Of a stretch of 64,000 nt of DNA, positions 27,669 through 37,327 are shown piece after piece (position 1 is the first letter of the stretch; every line of letters begins with the position of its first letter). The translations under genes were made by a program, and so were the position numbers. The notes below the pieces were generated by a model. It was not told where the DNA came from. It did no database searches and was given only the letters and a program-made list of their open reading frames with translations. The stretch is from Clostridia bacterium (GTDB lineage Bacteria > Bacillota > Clostridia > UMGS1883 > UMGS1540): positions 28,976 to 92,975 of the forward strand of contig JAZSIR010000003.1 in NCBI GenBank assembly GCA_045533905.1. Direction: 5' to 3'.

Positions 27669-28511
27669 ATGAAAATTGGTATTATTGTCAACACAACCAA
27701 AGACGAAGGATTTGCCTTTACAAGCCGTCTTTTGCCGCTTCTGGCGAAAACGGAGGAGATTTCCCTCGCGCCCGAAGTGCACGCTGCTTTTCCTATGTAT
27801 GCAAAGGCCACGGGAGAAACACTCTATAAAGAGCAGGATATGCTTTTGGCACTCGGCGGGGATGGCACGCTTCTTCGCGCGGCACGCCACGCCGCACCGT
27901 ATCAAACGCCCGTTCTGGGCATCAACCTCGGTAGTGTGGGCTTTTTAAGCGGTGCCGAGCCGGAGGCCTTTTTGCAAGAGGGCGCCGCGGCACTCCTGCG
28001 TGAGGTTACGATTGAAAACCGGATGATGCTGGAGGTGTTCGTCACCCGCGGCGGCGAGAAAATGGAAAGCTTCTATGCTTTAAACGATGCCGTTATCCGT
28101 GGCAAAGCCACGGAACCGCTTCTTCGTATGCAGGTGTCGGCCGACGAAAGCCTTCTGGCCTCGTATGTGGCGGACGGTATCATCTTCGCAACACCCACGG
28201 GCTCCACGGCCTATTCTTTCGCCGCAGGCGGTGCACTTGTGCATCCGGCGATGGAGGCCCTTCTTGTTACGCCCATCTCGCCCTATATGCTGCATGCGCG
28301 GCCGGTGGTGCTCCCCGGTGAAAGCGTTTTAGAGGCAGCTTTCTCAAGCAAAATGAGCGGCGCGGCCTATCTTAATGTGGACGGCGAGGATAAAATGCCG
28401 CTTATACCCGGCGATGTGGTAACGGTCAGAAAAGCGCCGTGCCGTGCACAGATCGCAACGCTCTTCGGAAAATCTTTTTTAGAGATATTAAAACAGAAAT
28501 TGAAGGGATAA
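27669..28511 (+). CDS. nadK: NAD kinase
   Basis: GGDGTLL motif, NDAVI, and TPTGSTAYSFAAGG. Confidence 0.9.
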   Translation: MKIGIIVNTTKDEGFAFTSRLLPLLAKTEEISLAPEVHAAFPMYAKATGETLYKEQDMLLALGGDGTLLRAARHAAPYQTPVLGINLGSVGFLSGAEPEAFLQEGAAALLREVTIENRMMLEVFVTRGGEKMESFYALNDAVIRGKATEPLLRMQVSADESLLASYVADGIIFATPTGSTAYSFAAGGALVHPAMEALLVTPISPYMLHARPVVLPGESVLEAAFSSKMSGAAYLNVDGEDKMPLIPGDVVTVRKAPCRAQIATLFGKSFLEILKQKLKG

Positions 28512-28515
28512 GAAA

Positions 28516-28965
28516 ATGAAACGCAAACGGCAGAATGCGATATTACAGATTATAGAAGAAATGTGCATCCGCACGCAGGAGGAGCTTTCGGAAGCACTTC
28601 TGGCGCGTGGTTTTGAGGTGACACAGGCCACCGTTTCACGCGATATCAAGGAGCTTTGCCTTCTCAAAAAGCAGACGGCGGGCGGCAGCCGCTATACGGC
28701 GCCTTCCGGCGAAGGCTTCCGCGAGAGTGCCTCACGCACACATTCCATTTTCCATAGCGCTGTAAAAACGGTAGACTCGGCCATGCACACGATTGTGATT
28801 CACACCCTTCCCGGTATGGCCAATGCCGCGGCAATCACGCTCGAATCGATGGAATGGCCGGAAATTTTAGGAACCATTGCGGGCGATGACACGGTGCTCG
28901 TAATCCTTCGGGACACGGAAACGGCAAGGCTGATTGCCGCGCGGCTTTCCGAAATGCTCGGATAA
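28516..28965 (+). CDS. argR: Arginine repressor
   Basis: 149 aa, with a winged HTH (RQNAILQIIEE...TQATVSRDIKEL) and the C-terminal GTIAGDDT oligomerisation motif. Confidence 0.85.
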   Translation: MKRKRQNAILQIIEEMCIRTQEELSEALLARGFEVTQATVSRDIKELCLLKKQTAGGSRYTAPSGEGFRESASRTHSIFHSAVKTVDSAMHTIVIHTLPGMANAAAITLESMEWPEILGTIAGDDTVLVILRDTETARLIAARLSEMLG

Positions 28966-28978
28966 AGGAGGCGTTTTT

Positions 28979-30601
28979 ATGCTTTGCAGATTGGCCATTT
29001 CGAATATTGCGGTAATCGACAAAGCGGAAATCACGCTTTCCGATGGTCTTACGGTGCTCACGGGTGAAACGGGCGCAGGTAAATCGCTTATTATGGATGC
29101 GATTACAATGGTGCTCGGGCAGAGAACGGGGCGTGATATTATCCGTGCCGGCGAAAAATGTGCCATTTGTGAGGCCGCATTCTTTGCGCCGCATCCGCTT
29201 TCGGATGAGGACGGTATGCTCATTATGCGCCGCGAGCTTTATGCCGACGGGCGAAATCTTTGCTCTATAAACGGCAGTATGACTACGGTGGCAGGGCTCC
29301 GTGAAGCAGGCGAGAGCCTTCTGGCCATTCACGGCCAGCACGATACCGAAGCACTTATGCACCGCACAAATCACCTTGGCTTTTTAGATGCCTACGCCAA
29401 AACAGAAAAAGAGCTTTTGGCATACAAGGCTTTGTATACAGAAAGAAAAACGCTTCTGGCGGAAATCGAGGCGCTTTCCGAAGCGGGCGGTGAGAAGGAA
29501 AAGCGGATGGAGATGCTCGCCTTCTGGATTTCGGAAATTGAAGCGGCAGCGCCTGAAATTGGCGAGGATGAAGCCCTTTTCGAAAAGAGGGAGTACCTTC
29601 GCCACAGCGAGAAAATCCGCACCTCGGCGGCCCGCGCCTATGCGGCACTTTCGGGAGAGGAAGGAAGCGCAAGGGATCTTCTTTCCGAAGCGGTGCGCGC
29701 GCTTGACGCCGTTTCCGATTTTGACCCGCGCCTTCTTGCAGCGGCAGAATCCGTGCGGAACGCTTTGTACGAGGCGGAGGAGACGGGTAATGTGCTGCGG
29801 GATATTTTTGAAGAAGAAGCCGATGGCGCGGCGCTTGACGAAATCGAGGCGCGGCTTGACATTTTACAGAAATTAAAAGGAAAATACGGCGGCACCCTCG
29901 AGCGCGTTTTAGAAGAAAAAGAAAATATGCAAAAGGAATATGCTGCGACAGAGTCGGCCGATGCACGCCTTTTTGAAGCGAGACGGGCGCTTTCTGCCGT
30001 GGAAGAAAAACTCGAGGAGGCCGCGGGGGTCCTTTCTGAAAAGAGAAAGAAAGGCGCGCTTATTTTTGCAAAGTCCGTAATGGACGAGCTTTCGGCACTG
30101 GATATGGAAAAGGTGCGCTTTTCCGTGGAGGTTACGGAGAAGGAGTACGGCGAGACGGGGGCAGACAATGTGGAATTTTTCATTTCCACAAACCCTGCAG
30201 AGGCTCTAAAACCGCTTTCGAGAATTGCCTCGGGCGGTGAGCTTTCGCGCATCTGCCTTGCAATGCGCTCGACGATGGCGGATACGGAAGAAGGAAAGAA
30301 TCAGACGCTGATTTTTGACGAAATTGATACGGGTATCAGCGGCCGTGCGGCCGCACGCGTCGGCGAAAAGCTCTGCGCGCTCGGCAAGAGCCGGCAGGTC
30401 ATATGTGTTACACATCTGCCGCAGATTGCATCGCGTGCCGCGTCGCAGTTCAAAATTGATAAAAAAGATACGGGATCGGGCTTTTCAACGATCGTGACGC
30501 CGCTTGACAAAGCGGGGCGCATTTTGGAAATTGCGCGGATGATAAGTGGCGATGCCGTTACGGAAAAAACGATGCAGACAGCGGAGGAAATGCTCGGATA
30601 A
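28979..30601 (+). CDS. recN: DNA repair protein RecN
   Basis: N-terminal Walker A LTGETGAGKS, a long coiled-coil, and a C-terminal SMC signature. The start was moved to the ATG after AAAGGAGG. Confidence 0.9.
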   Translation: MLCRLAISNIAVIDKAEITLSDGLTVLTGETGAGKSLIMDAITMVLGQRTGRDIIRAGEKCAICEAAFFAPHPLSDEDGMLIMRRELYADGRNLCSINGSMTTVAGLREAGESLLAIHGQHDTEALMHRTNHLGFLDAYAKTEKELLAYKALYTERKTLLAEIEALSEAGGEKEKRMEMLAFWISEIEAAAPEIGEDEALFEKREYLRHSEKIRTSAARAYAALSGEEGSARDLLSEAVRALDAVSDFDPRLLAAAESVRNALYEAEETGNVLRDIFEEEADGAALDEIEARLDILQKLKGKYGGTLERVLEEKENMQKEYAATESADARLFEARRALSAVEEKLEEAAGVLSEKRKKGALIFAKSVMDELSALDMEKVRFSVEVTEKEYGETGADNVEFFISTNPAEALKPLSRIASGGELSRICLAMRSTMADTEEGKNQTLIFDEIDTGISGRAAARVGEKLCALGKSRQVICVTHLPQIASRAASQFKIDKKDTGSGFSTIVTPLDKAGRILEIARMISGDAVTEKTMQTAEEMLG

Positions 30602-32481
30602 TGGCCATTTTACAGGTACAGAAGCTCGGGGTCGGCTTTGGGGAGCGTATGCTTTTTCACGGGGGCGACCTTGCAGTGGAAAAACAGGATAAAATCGGAA
30701 TTATTGGTGGAAACGGCGTCGGTAAAACGACGCTTTTTCGCGTACTGACGGGAGATTTGCGCGCCACGGAGGGTGGCATCGCGGCTGCAAGCGATATTAA
30801 AATCGGGTATTTGGAGCAGCATGCCCTCGCAGACAGCGACCAGACGCTCTACGATGCCGTTTTGTCGGTCTTTCTACCGCTGATGGAGATGGAAGAGGCT
30901 CTTTCGCGGATTGCTGCGGAAATTGACAAAGGCACGGGCGATATGGAGCTCCTTTTAAAGCGGCAGCATATGCTTACGGAAGAATTGCAGGATAAGGGCG
31001 GGCTTACGTATAAAAGCCGCCTTCGCGCCGTGCTTTTGGGCGTCGGCTTTACGGAAGAAATGCTCGCGCGGCCCGTTCGCGTCCTTTCAGGCGGCGAGCG
31101 CACGATGGCAAGCCTTGTGCGGCTCCTCCTTTCAGAACCCGATATTATTCTCCTCGACGAGCCTACAAACCATCTCGATATGGAAGCGTGCGCGTGGCTT
31201 GAGGAATACCTTCGCGCCTATAAGGGCGCGGCGCTCATCATCTCGCACGACCGCTATTTTTTAGACCGCGTCACAAATAAAACGCTTCTCATCGCGGGCG
31301 GGCGCTTTACTTCGTATGAAGGCGCATACACCGAATTTATGAAAAAAAGAAAGGCCGAATACGCCTTTGAAAAACGGCAGTACGAAAAACAGCAGGAAGA
31401 AATTCGCCGCATTGAGGGGATTATCGAAACCCAGAAGCGCTTTAACCGCGAGCGGAATATCCGTATGGCCGAGAGCCGGCAAAAGCAGATTGACCGCATA
31501 AAGAGCGATATGGAAAGACCGCCTGAGGACGAGGCCGGCATCCGTCTTTCCTTCAAAGCGGCGGCCGACAGTGCCCATGATGTCCTTCGCGCGGAAGGTG
31601 TTTCCATGGCCTTTGACGGCGAAAGCCTTTTTAAGAATATAAACCTTGAAATTTATAAAAATGAACGCGTGTTTCTGCTCGGGCGAAACGGCTCGGGGAA
31701 AACGACGCTCTTCTCCATCCTGCGCGGTGCGCGCGAAGGGGACGGGGGAACTGTCCGCCTCGGCTCGCGCGTGGTATTAGGGTACTATGACCAGACACAA
31801 AGCGATTTGCCGCCCCAAAAAACGGCGCTCGAAGTCGTTCGTGACGCGTTTCCGAAGAAAACGGAAACGGAATTACGCTCATCACTTGCTGCCCTCGGCA
31901 TTCGCGGCGAAGCGGTGCACGCCGAGATCGGCACACTTTCGGGCGGCGAGCGCGCAAAGGTGGCGCTTGTGCGGCTCCTTCTCGGTGCGCCGAACTTCCT
32001 GCTACTCGACGAGCCTACAAACCACCTTGATATTGACGCGAAAGAGGCACTTGAAGATGCGCTTCTTTCCTATGGCGGCACGCTCCTTGCCATTTCCCAT
32101 GACCGTTATTTTATCAATAAGCTCGCAACGCGCATTCTCTCGCTTTCGGGCGAAACCGTAAAAAGCTTTGACGGGGATTATGAATATTATCTTCGAAAAC
32201 GCGAGGAGGCGCCCCAAAAGGTAGAGACCGCCGCTCCCAAAAAAGAAAACACCTATAAAGAGGAAAAGGCGCAAAAGGCTGAGGAACGCAAAAAGAAAAA
32301 CCGCATACAGAAGCTTGAAATCGAGATTGCGGAAACAGAAGAAGCAATCGAAAAGAAAAATGCGGAGCTCGCAGACGCGGGTGCGGACTATGCGCGCGCC
32401 ATGGCGCTTTCCGAGGAAATTGCAGAGCTTGAAGAAAAGCTTCTCGCCCTCTATGCCGAGTGGGAGAAAATAGCAGAATAG
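30601..32481 (+). CDS. ABC-F family ATPase (tandem ABC domains, no TMD; Uup/YheS-like ribosome-associated factor)
   Basis: Two Walker A motifs (GGNGVGKTT; GRNGSGKTT), two LSGGE signatures, and a C-terminal charged coiled-coil. The ATG overlaps the recN stop. Confidence 0.85.
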   Translation: MAILQVQKLGVGFGERMLFHGGDLAVEKQDKIGIIGGNGVGKTTLFRVLTGDLRATEGGIAAASDIKIGYLEQHALADSDQTLYDAVLSVFLPLMEMEEALSRIAAEIDKGTGDMELLLKRQHMLTEELQDKGGLTYKSRLRAVLLGVGFTEEMLARPVRVLSGGERTMASLVRLLLSEPDIILLDEPTNHLDMEACAWLEEYLRAYKGAALIISHDRYFLDRVTNKTLLIAGGRFTSYEGAYTEFMKKRKAEYAFEKRQYEKQQEEIRRIEGIIETQKRFNRERNIRMAESRQKQIDRIKSDMERPPEDEAGIRLSFKAAADSAHDVLRAEGVSMAFDGESLFKNINLEIYKNERVFLLGRNGSGKTTLFSILRGAREGDGGTVRLGSRVVLGYYDQTQSDLPPQKTALEVVRDAFPKKTETELRSSLAALGIRGEAVHAEIGTLSGGERAKVALVRLLLGAPNFLLLDEPTNHLDIDAKEALEDALLSYGGTLLAISHDRYFINKLATRILSLSGETVKSFDGDYEYYLRKREEAPQKVETAAPKKENTYKEEKAQKAEERKKKNRIQKLEIEIAETEEAIEKKNAELADAGADYARAMALSEEIAELEEKLLALYAEWEKIAE

Positions 32482-32486
32482 AAGAA

Positions 32487-32516
32487 GGGACTCTCAATTT
32501 TTGAGAGTCCCTTTTT
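32487..32516 (+). terminator. Rho-independent terminator after the ABC-F gene
   Basis: GGGACTCTC-AATTTTT-GAGAGTCCC-TTTTT. Confidence 0.8.
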
Positions 32517-32517
32517 A

Positions 32518-34233
32518 CTAGTCTAAAAGCCTCGCTTCAGGAAAAGCTTCCATGTTTTCTTGGATATATGCGAGAGTGTTCGGGAACTTTTCTGTAATGG
32601 CAATCGCAGCATACCGAACGTGCGGCGCATCCGCGGCGGCACGCGGTACAAATTCGATTTCCACGTGGTATAGGGTTTCCCACGAATTATAGATAGAGGG
32701 GTGCAAATCTTCGTAGGAAAGGGTGAGGACATCCTTTCGAAGTGCCGCGAGAAGTGCATCGTAGTCTTCTACGTCTTCGCCACCATTTACATGTACGCGG
32801 ATAATGTCACGGTCTTCCACAAACGCCTCTTCGCAAAGCATCTTGTAGGCATCGTTTTCATAGAGTTTATTCATAATCTCCATCATAGCGCTGTCGGGCA
32901 CTTCGTAGGTACGCGCGAGCGTTTTGCCGTTTTGCAGCGTATAGCGAATGTGGATGCGCGTATAATACGGCTCCTCTCGCACTTCATAGCGCGTTTTCGG
33001 CACATTCTCTAAAAGCGAGCGGTGCGAGGCGAGGATTTCTTTGATTACGGCAGGGTCAGCGGTGCGCGGCTCCGCGTCGCGGTAATAATAGTGGTAGATG
33101 GAAGCGGAAGCGATATCCGCTTTGTCGGGCACGCGTGTTTCGTAGCCGAAAAAGGGCGTGAAGGCGAAAAGGCAGGTAAGTATGGCGAAAGAAGCCAAAA
33201 AGCCGAGGAACCCTTTGTAGGCATAGAGCACGTTCCGCGTCTTTTTCAAAACCATTTCACACGCCGCATAGGAGAAGAGCGCAGCCAGCACCAAAATAAG
33301 AATGAATACGGGGGTATTTTCGAGCATATACGAGGAAAATACCGCAAACGCCGCCGAGGTTACGAGAAACGTGATAAGATACTTAAAGACGGGACGAAGA
33401 AAACCGAACGCCGCCACATCGCCCACTGCCTCCATGCGCCGCTTTCTGTAGAGAAGATACGCGAGCACGTAGAAAACCACGGCAATATCGATAAACTTCA
33501 CAAAATCCCACGCCGTTATATTTTCGCGGAAATAATGGTCCATAAAGCCATAGCAGAAGACCACAAAATTGTTTTCGGCTAAAGTTTCAAAGAGGGCATC
33601 CGCACCCGAAAAGCCAAAGAGGAACACTTCTCCGAGCATGCTACCTGCCGCAACGAGTAGGAAAAGAACAGAATGTAAAAGCGCATTCACGGCAACAGCC
33701 GCAAAGCCGTTCCCCGTAAGGAGCGCGGCGAGCGTTGCCACGGAAAAGAGAAGGAACAGTGCCACGAGGTTATATCCTATCCAAAGAAGGCAATCTGCTA
33801 CTGTGAAAAACGCACTATAACCGCCGAGAGATAAAAGACAGAGAAGTATGCCGTTTATCAGTACGGGCACGAACATAAGCGTGAAAGCGGCAAGGAGCGT
33901 GCTCCCGAAAATAGCACCGCGCGTCGCCGGCAGGCTATGCACGAAGAGCGCCGCTTTTTTGGCGTGCACGAAATGAAAAACGAGGAGTGCCACCACCGTC
34001 GGCACGGCGATGGATAAAAGAATCGGAACGGTAATGTATGCGCCGTGCAAAATAACGGGGAAGTCCTTAAAATAGTCCGCCGGCATGTGCGAAAAATCCT
34101 GTTCGCAGTTCAAAAAGACGGAGAGCACGGTGGAGATAAATAAAAGCACAAAGTAGAGAAGTGCACCGGGCGAAAAGCGTTTTACGGTTTCTTTATAAAT
34201 GCCTTTATTAAAAAATGATGTTTTTGAAATCAT
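32518..34233 (-). CDS. ABC-2-type transporter permease with a C-terminal extracytoplasmic domain
   Basis: 571 aa with about 10 TM helices followed by a soluble domain of about 200 aa. The 3' end overlaps the upstream ABC ATPase gene. Confidence 0.6.
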   Translation of the reverse strand: MISKTSFFNKGIYKETVKRFSPGALLYFVLLFISTVLSVFLNCEQDFSHMPADYFKDFPVILHGAYITVPILLSIAVPTVVALLVFHFVHAKKAALFVHSLPATRGAIFGSTLLAAFTLMFVPVLINGILLCLLSLGGYSAFFTVADCLLWIGYNLVALFLLFSVATLAALLTGNGFAAVAVNALLHSVLFLLVAAGSMLGEVFLFGFSGADALFETLAENNFVVFCYGFMDHYFRENITAWDFVKFIDIAVVFYVLAYLLYRKRRMEAVGDVAAFGFLRPVFKYLITFLVTSAAFAVFSSYMLENTPVFILILVLAALFSYAACEMVLKKTRNVLYAYKGFLGFLASFAILTCLFAFTPFFGYETRVPDKADIASASIYHYYYRDAEPRTADPAVIKEILASHRSLLENVPKTRYEVREEPYYTRIHIRYTLQNGKTLARTYEVPDSAMMEIMNKLYENDAYKMLCEEAFVEDRDIIRVHVNGGEDVEDYDALLAALRKDVLTLSYEDLHPSIYNSWETLYHVEIEFVPRAAADAPHVRYAAIAITEKFPNTLAYIQENMEAFPEARLLD

Positions 34234-35101
34234 ACCCGAGACCTCCTAACTCATAAATAAATACTTCCTCAAGCGTAAGGCTGATGCGCTCGCAAAGAAG
34301 CGGTTTTCTTTCAGAAAGTGCCGCGGCCGCTTCGTCGCCCTTTGCGATAACCGTGTATACAGAGCCGGTTTTCGAAATATGTAAAAGCCCCGGAAGCGAT
34401 TCTAAAAAGGCATGCGCGTCTTCTTCGAACGAAACCTGAAATTTGCAAACACCGCCGCGCACTTCATCGAGCGGCTTTTCAAGAAGCAGCTTCCCTTCAT
34501 GGATAATGCCCACATAATCGCAGATATCTTCAAGCTCGCGAAGATTGTGGGAGGAGACCAAAACGGTAAGTTCGCGGTCCGCAACGTCCGCAATCACAAG
34601 ATTTAAAATCTGCTTTCGCATAACGGGGTCAAGCCCGTCGAGCGGCTCGTCTAAAATCAGCACTTCGGGCATCGAAGAAAGGGAGAGCCAGAAGGCGACC
34701 TGTCTTCTCTGTCCTTTCGAGAGCTTTCGGATTTGCTTTTTCTCATCGAGATGAAACACCTCACGAAGCTTTTCGTAGCGCTCCGTACTAAAGGCAGAAT
34801 ACGTATCTTTATAAAAAGCGGCCATTTGTTTTATGGTGTAGGTGCCGAAAAAGTACCAGTCATCGGCAATGCTTAAAATCTTTTCTTTTATGGCGGTGTT
34901 TTCATATACCGCTTCGCCGCCGACTGTGATTTCGCCGCCCTCGGGGCGCATCGCGCCTATGATGTGGTTTATAATCGTTGTTTTACCCGCACCGTTCGGG
35001 CCGATAAGGCCGTAAATGGCGCCTTTCGGCACATGCATGGAAAACGAATCGAGCACCGCGAAATCATCGAAATGCTTTGTGACGTTCGATACACAAATCA
35101 T
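34208..35101 (-). CDS. ABC transporter ATP-binding protein
   Basis: Walker A GPNGAGKTT, signature LSKGQRRQ, Walker B LILDEP. Confidence 0.85.
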   Translation of the reverse strand: MICVSNVTKHFDDFAVLDSFSMHVPKGAIYGLIGPNGAGKTTIINHIIGAMRPEGGEITVGGEAVYENTAIKEKILSIADDWYFFGTYTIKQMAAFYKDTYSAFSTERYEKLREVFHLDEKKQIRKLSKGQRRQVAFWLSLSSMPEVLILDEPLDGLDPVMRKQILNLVIADVADRELTVLVSSHNLRELEDICDYVGIIHEGKLLLEKPLDEVRGGVCKFQVSFEEDAHAFLESLPGLLHISKTGSVYTVIAKGDEAAAALSERKPLLCERISLTLEEVFIYELGGLGYDFKNIIF

Positions 35102-35470
35102 CTAAAATTCCTCCTTTACTTTGGAAATGGCACGCTCTATATCCTCTTTCGATTCGCCGAGATATAAAAGTGCGCGCGTAGTTTCTTCGAGGGTTTTGTA
35201 AAGCGCTGCGATTTTTTGTATGTCTCGTGCGCCGTGTGCCCCCGAGACAAAATTGCCTTTTCCGAGGACGCTGTAAATGTACCCGTCAGATTCCAGCTGC
35301 TTGTACGCCTTTTGCACGGTATTCGGGTTTACGGTAAGGCTTACAGAAAGCTCGCGAACAGACGGAAGCTGTTCGCCTTCTGCGAGCACACCGCTTATAA
35401 TCTGCGCGCGAATACCGTCTTCAATTTGTACATGCAAACTGCGGCTGTCCTTGTAATCAATGGAAAGCAC
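35102..35470 (-). CDS. GntR-family (YtrA-like) transcriptional regulator
   Basis: Winged HTH LPSVRELSVSLTVNPNTVQKAYKQLESDGYIYS. The start was moved to a GTG preceded by GGGAGGTG. The ORF track extends further upstream. Confidence 0.75.
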   Translation of the reverse strand: MLSIDYKDSRSLHVQIEDGIRAQIISGVLAEGEQLPSVRELSVSLTVNPNTVQKAYKQLESDGYIYSVLGKGNFVSGAHGARDIQKIAALYKTLEETTRALLYLGESKEDIERAISKVKEEF

Positions 35471-35485
35471 GGGTTCACCTCCCTT

Positions 35486-35546
35486 TACTAACTGTACTAG
35501 TACACGTGATACAGTTACTATATCATGCAGTATTTCGTTTGTCAAT
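35486..35546 (-). promoter_or_regulatory. Promoter and palindromic operator of the gntR-ABC operon
   Basis: Inverted repeat TACTAACTGTA-N13-TACAGTTACTA, matching 10 of 11 positions. It overlaps a minus-strand TTGACA-17-TATAGT promoter. Confidence 0.55.
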
Positions 35547-35594
35547 ACTTTTTTGGAAAATAATGAAAAAGAGTGGGTTTTTACAACTTCTTTT

Positions 35595-35810
35595 GGGGAA
35601 TAGGAAAAAAAGAGGCAGAACGTTAAAACTCCACCCGACGCCGTACATGCGTACTGCGAGTGGTGGAGTTTTGACGTAGCAAAAGGCGTATAACCGAAGA
35701 AAAATCGAACATATGAGATTTTTCGTCTATAGAAAGATTTTCTTATGTTGTAAAATCTCTGTTTCTGTATTTTTGTTGCCTTTTGCGTTCTGGACTTTTT
35801 TTACATTCCT
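35595..35810. repeat. Copy 2 of the conserved intergenic hairpin / B-box element
   Basis: The modules and their order match those at 20197-20410. There is a compensatory change in the long-range helix: GCAAAAGGC / GCCTTTTGC here versus GCAAAAAGGCG / CGCCTTTTTGC in copy 1. Confidence 0.6.
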
Positions 35811-37327
35811 TACTCGTGGAGAGCGCGGAGTTCCTTGAGCGTTTCTGCTACAAGTACATCGCCGCCCTCGGGCGAAACCTGGTTACAGTAAATGGTAGCA
35901 CTGTAGCCGTGGTTTTTGATGGCACGCTCGTGGGCAAGGTACCCTGTGCGGTTCCCTTCCGGCTGGTCGGTAAGCTGAATAATAAAGGTCTGTGTAAACG
36001 GGCTCTTTGCCTGAATCTGATGCTGGTAATCAATGTACAGCTCAAAGGCATTCGTCGCAAAGGCTACATCACCTATGGAGATTACGTGCAGCTCCATATC
36101 GGTCGTCTTCGTTTTCTGCTGTTCTTCGTATCTTGCAAGAATGCCGCGGAAACGGTTCAGCTTTGCTTCGAGCTTTGCGCGGTCTTCAAAACGTTCAAAG
36201 GCGGTGCCGTCTGTCTTCGGCACATAGGTATCGATAAGTGCCTGCAACTCGCGTTTTGAAAATTCGTACTGTTCTTTCGAAATAAGGCGCTGAGGAAGCT
36301 TGATGGTCTTTACAGTATGTTTTACGCGCGCGTCGCGGATTTTATCCTTCTTGGCCCACTCGAGTACTTCGTCAAACGCCGCCGAGATGCGCTCGGCAAT
36401 ATCATAGCGGTTGTACATTTCCCACGGGCGGTTTAAGAGATGTGCATTCGGCACCTCGCCAAATTTCAGCGCGTAGCGGCGTGCTTCTGCTTCCTTGTAG
36501 TGGAGTGTGCGGGGCGACATATCGCCTGCGGCGGCGCACTGCGAAAGAATATGAATATCGCCGTGTTTTTTGCGGATAAGCTCGCGCACTTCGTTCCAGT
36601 AGTCGGCCGTGAGCATTTCCTCCTGCTCGGAGTTTTGGGAGGGACACGGCACGTTGATGATAGCGCCCGTGAGCTTGTCATTTTTGTCAAAGGTGTAGAG
36701 AAGGTTTACGTAGTGGTCCACATTGCCTTCATAACCGATAAAGTTTTCGTCTTTCGTCGGACCGTACATTTTGGCGTGACCGTCCACGGCGAGAGGGTTA
36801 TTTGCGCCGTTTTCGGCACCGGGGCGAAGGGACCAGTCATCCGAATATAAAACGCGGCGGCTGTGCGCTACCACGGCATAGCCGTAGCCATACGCATAGG
36901 AGCCTTCGTCTCTTGTGTCATAGGCTTCGCAGATAGCTTCCACCGCGAGATTTGACATATAGTCGCGGTATTCGAGTGCAGGGAAGATTTCGATGCCTTC
37001 ATGCGGAAGGCGGGCAAAGGCGGGGTCTTTGTCAAGTCCTGCGCCGCAGTGTGTGTGCGTAATATTAAAGAGTACTTTTTCGGCGGGGATTTCGGGACGG
37101 GTCTTCGTAAGCTTTGCGCGGATATCTTCGATAATAGAACGCCCAGCAACAAAGTCACCCGACATGAAGATGGCAATGTCTTCTCCGTCCTCCACAACGA
37201 GGCAATTTACCATGATGGGGTCGAGTATCCCCTTCGAGAGACGTACACGGAACTGCCCCGGAATATTGACCGGCTCGTCAATCGATACATCTCTTCTGCT
37301 CCAACCAAATTTAAGCATTTTCGTCAC
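35810..37327 (-). CDS. Neutral/alkaline ceramidase-like hydrolase, cytoplasmic
   Basis: The N-terminal region resembles the neutral ceramidase N-domain (...ILDPIMVNCLVVEDGEDIAIFMSGD...VLFNITHTHCGAG versus THTHSGPGG). No signal peptide. GTG start, 4-nt overlap with the upstream GH5 gene. Confidence 0.45.
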   Translation of the reverse strand: MTKMLKFGWSRRDVSIDEPVNIPGQFRVRLSKGILDPIMVNCLVVEDGEDIAIFMSGDFVAGRSIIEDIRAKLTKTRPEIPAEKVLFNITHTHCGAGLDKDPAFARLPHEGIEIFPALEYRDYMSNLAVEAICEAYDTRDEGSYAYGYGYAVVAHSRRVLYSDDWSLRPGAENGANNPLAVDGHAKMYGPTKDENFIGYEGNVDHYVNLLYTFDKNDKLTGAIINVPCPSQNSEQEEMLTADYWNEVRELIRKKHGDIHILSQCAAAGDMSPRTLHYKEAEARRYALKFGEVPNAHLLNRPWEMYNRYDIAERISAAFDEVLEWAKKDKIRDARVKHTVKTIKLPQRLISKEQYEFSKRELQALIDTYVPKTDGTAFERFEDRAKLEAKLNRFRGILARYEEQQKTKTTDMELHVISIGDVAFATNAFELYIDYQHQIQAKSPFTQTFIIQLTDQPEGNRTGYLAHERAIKNHGYSATIYCNQVSPEGGDVLVAETLKELRALHE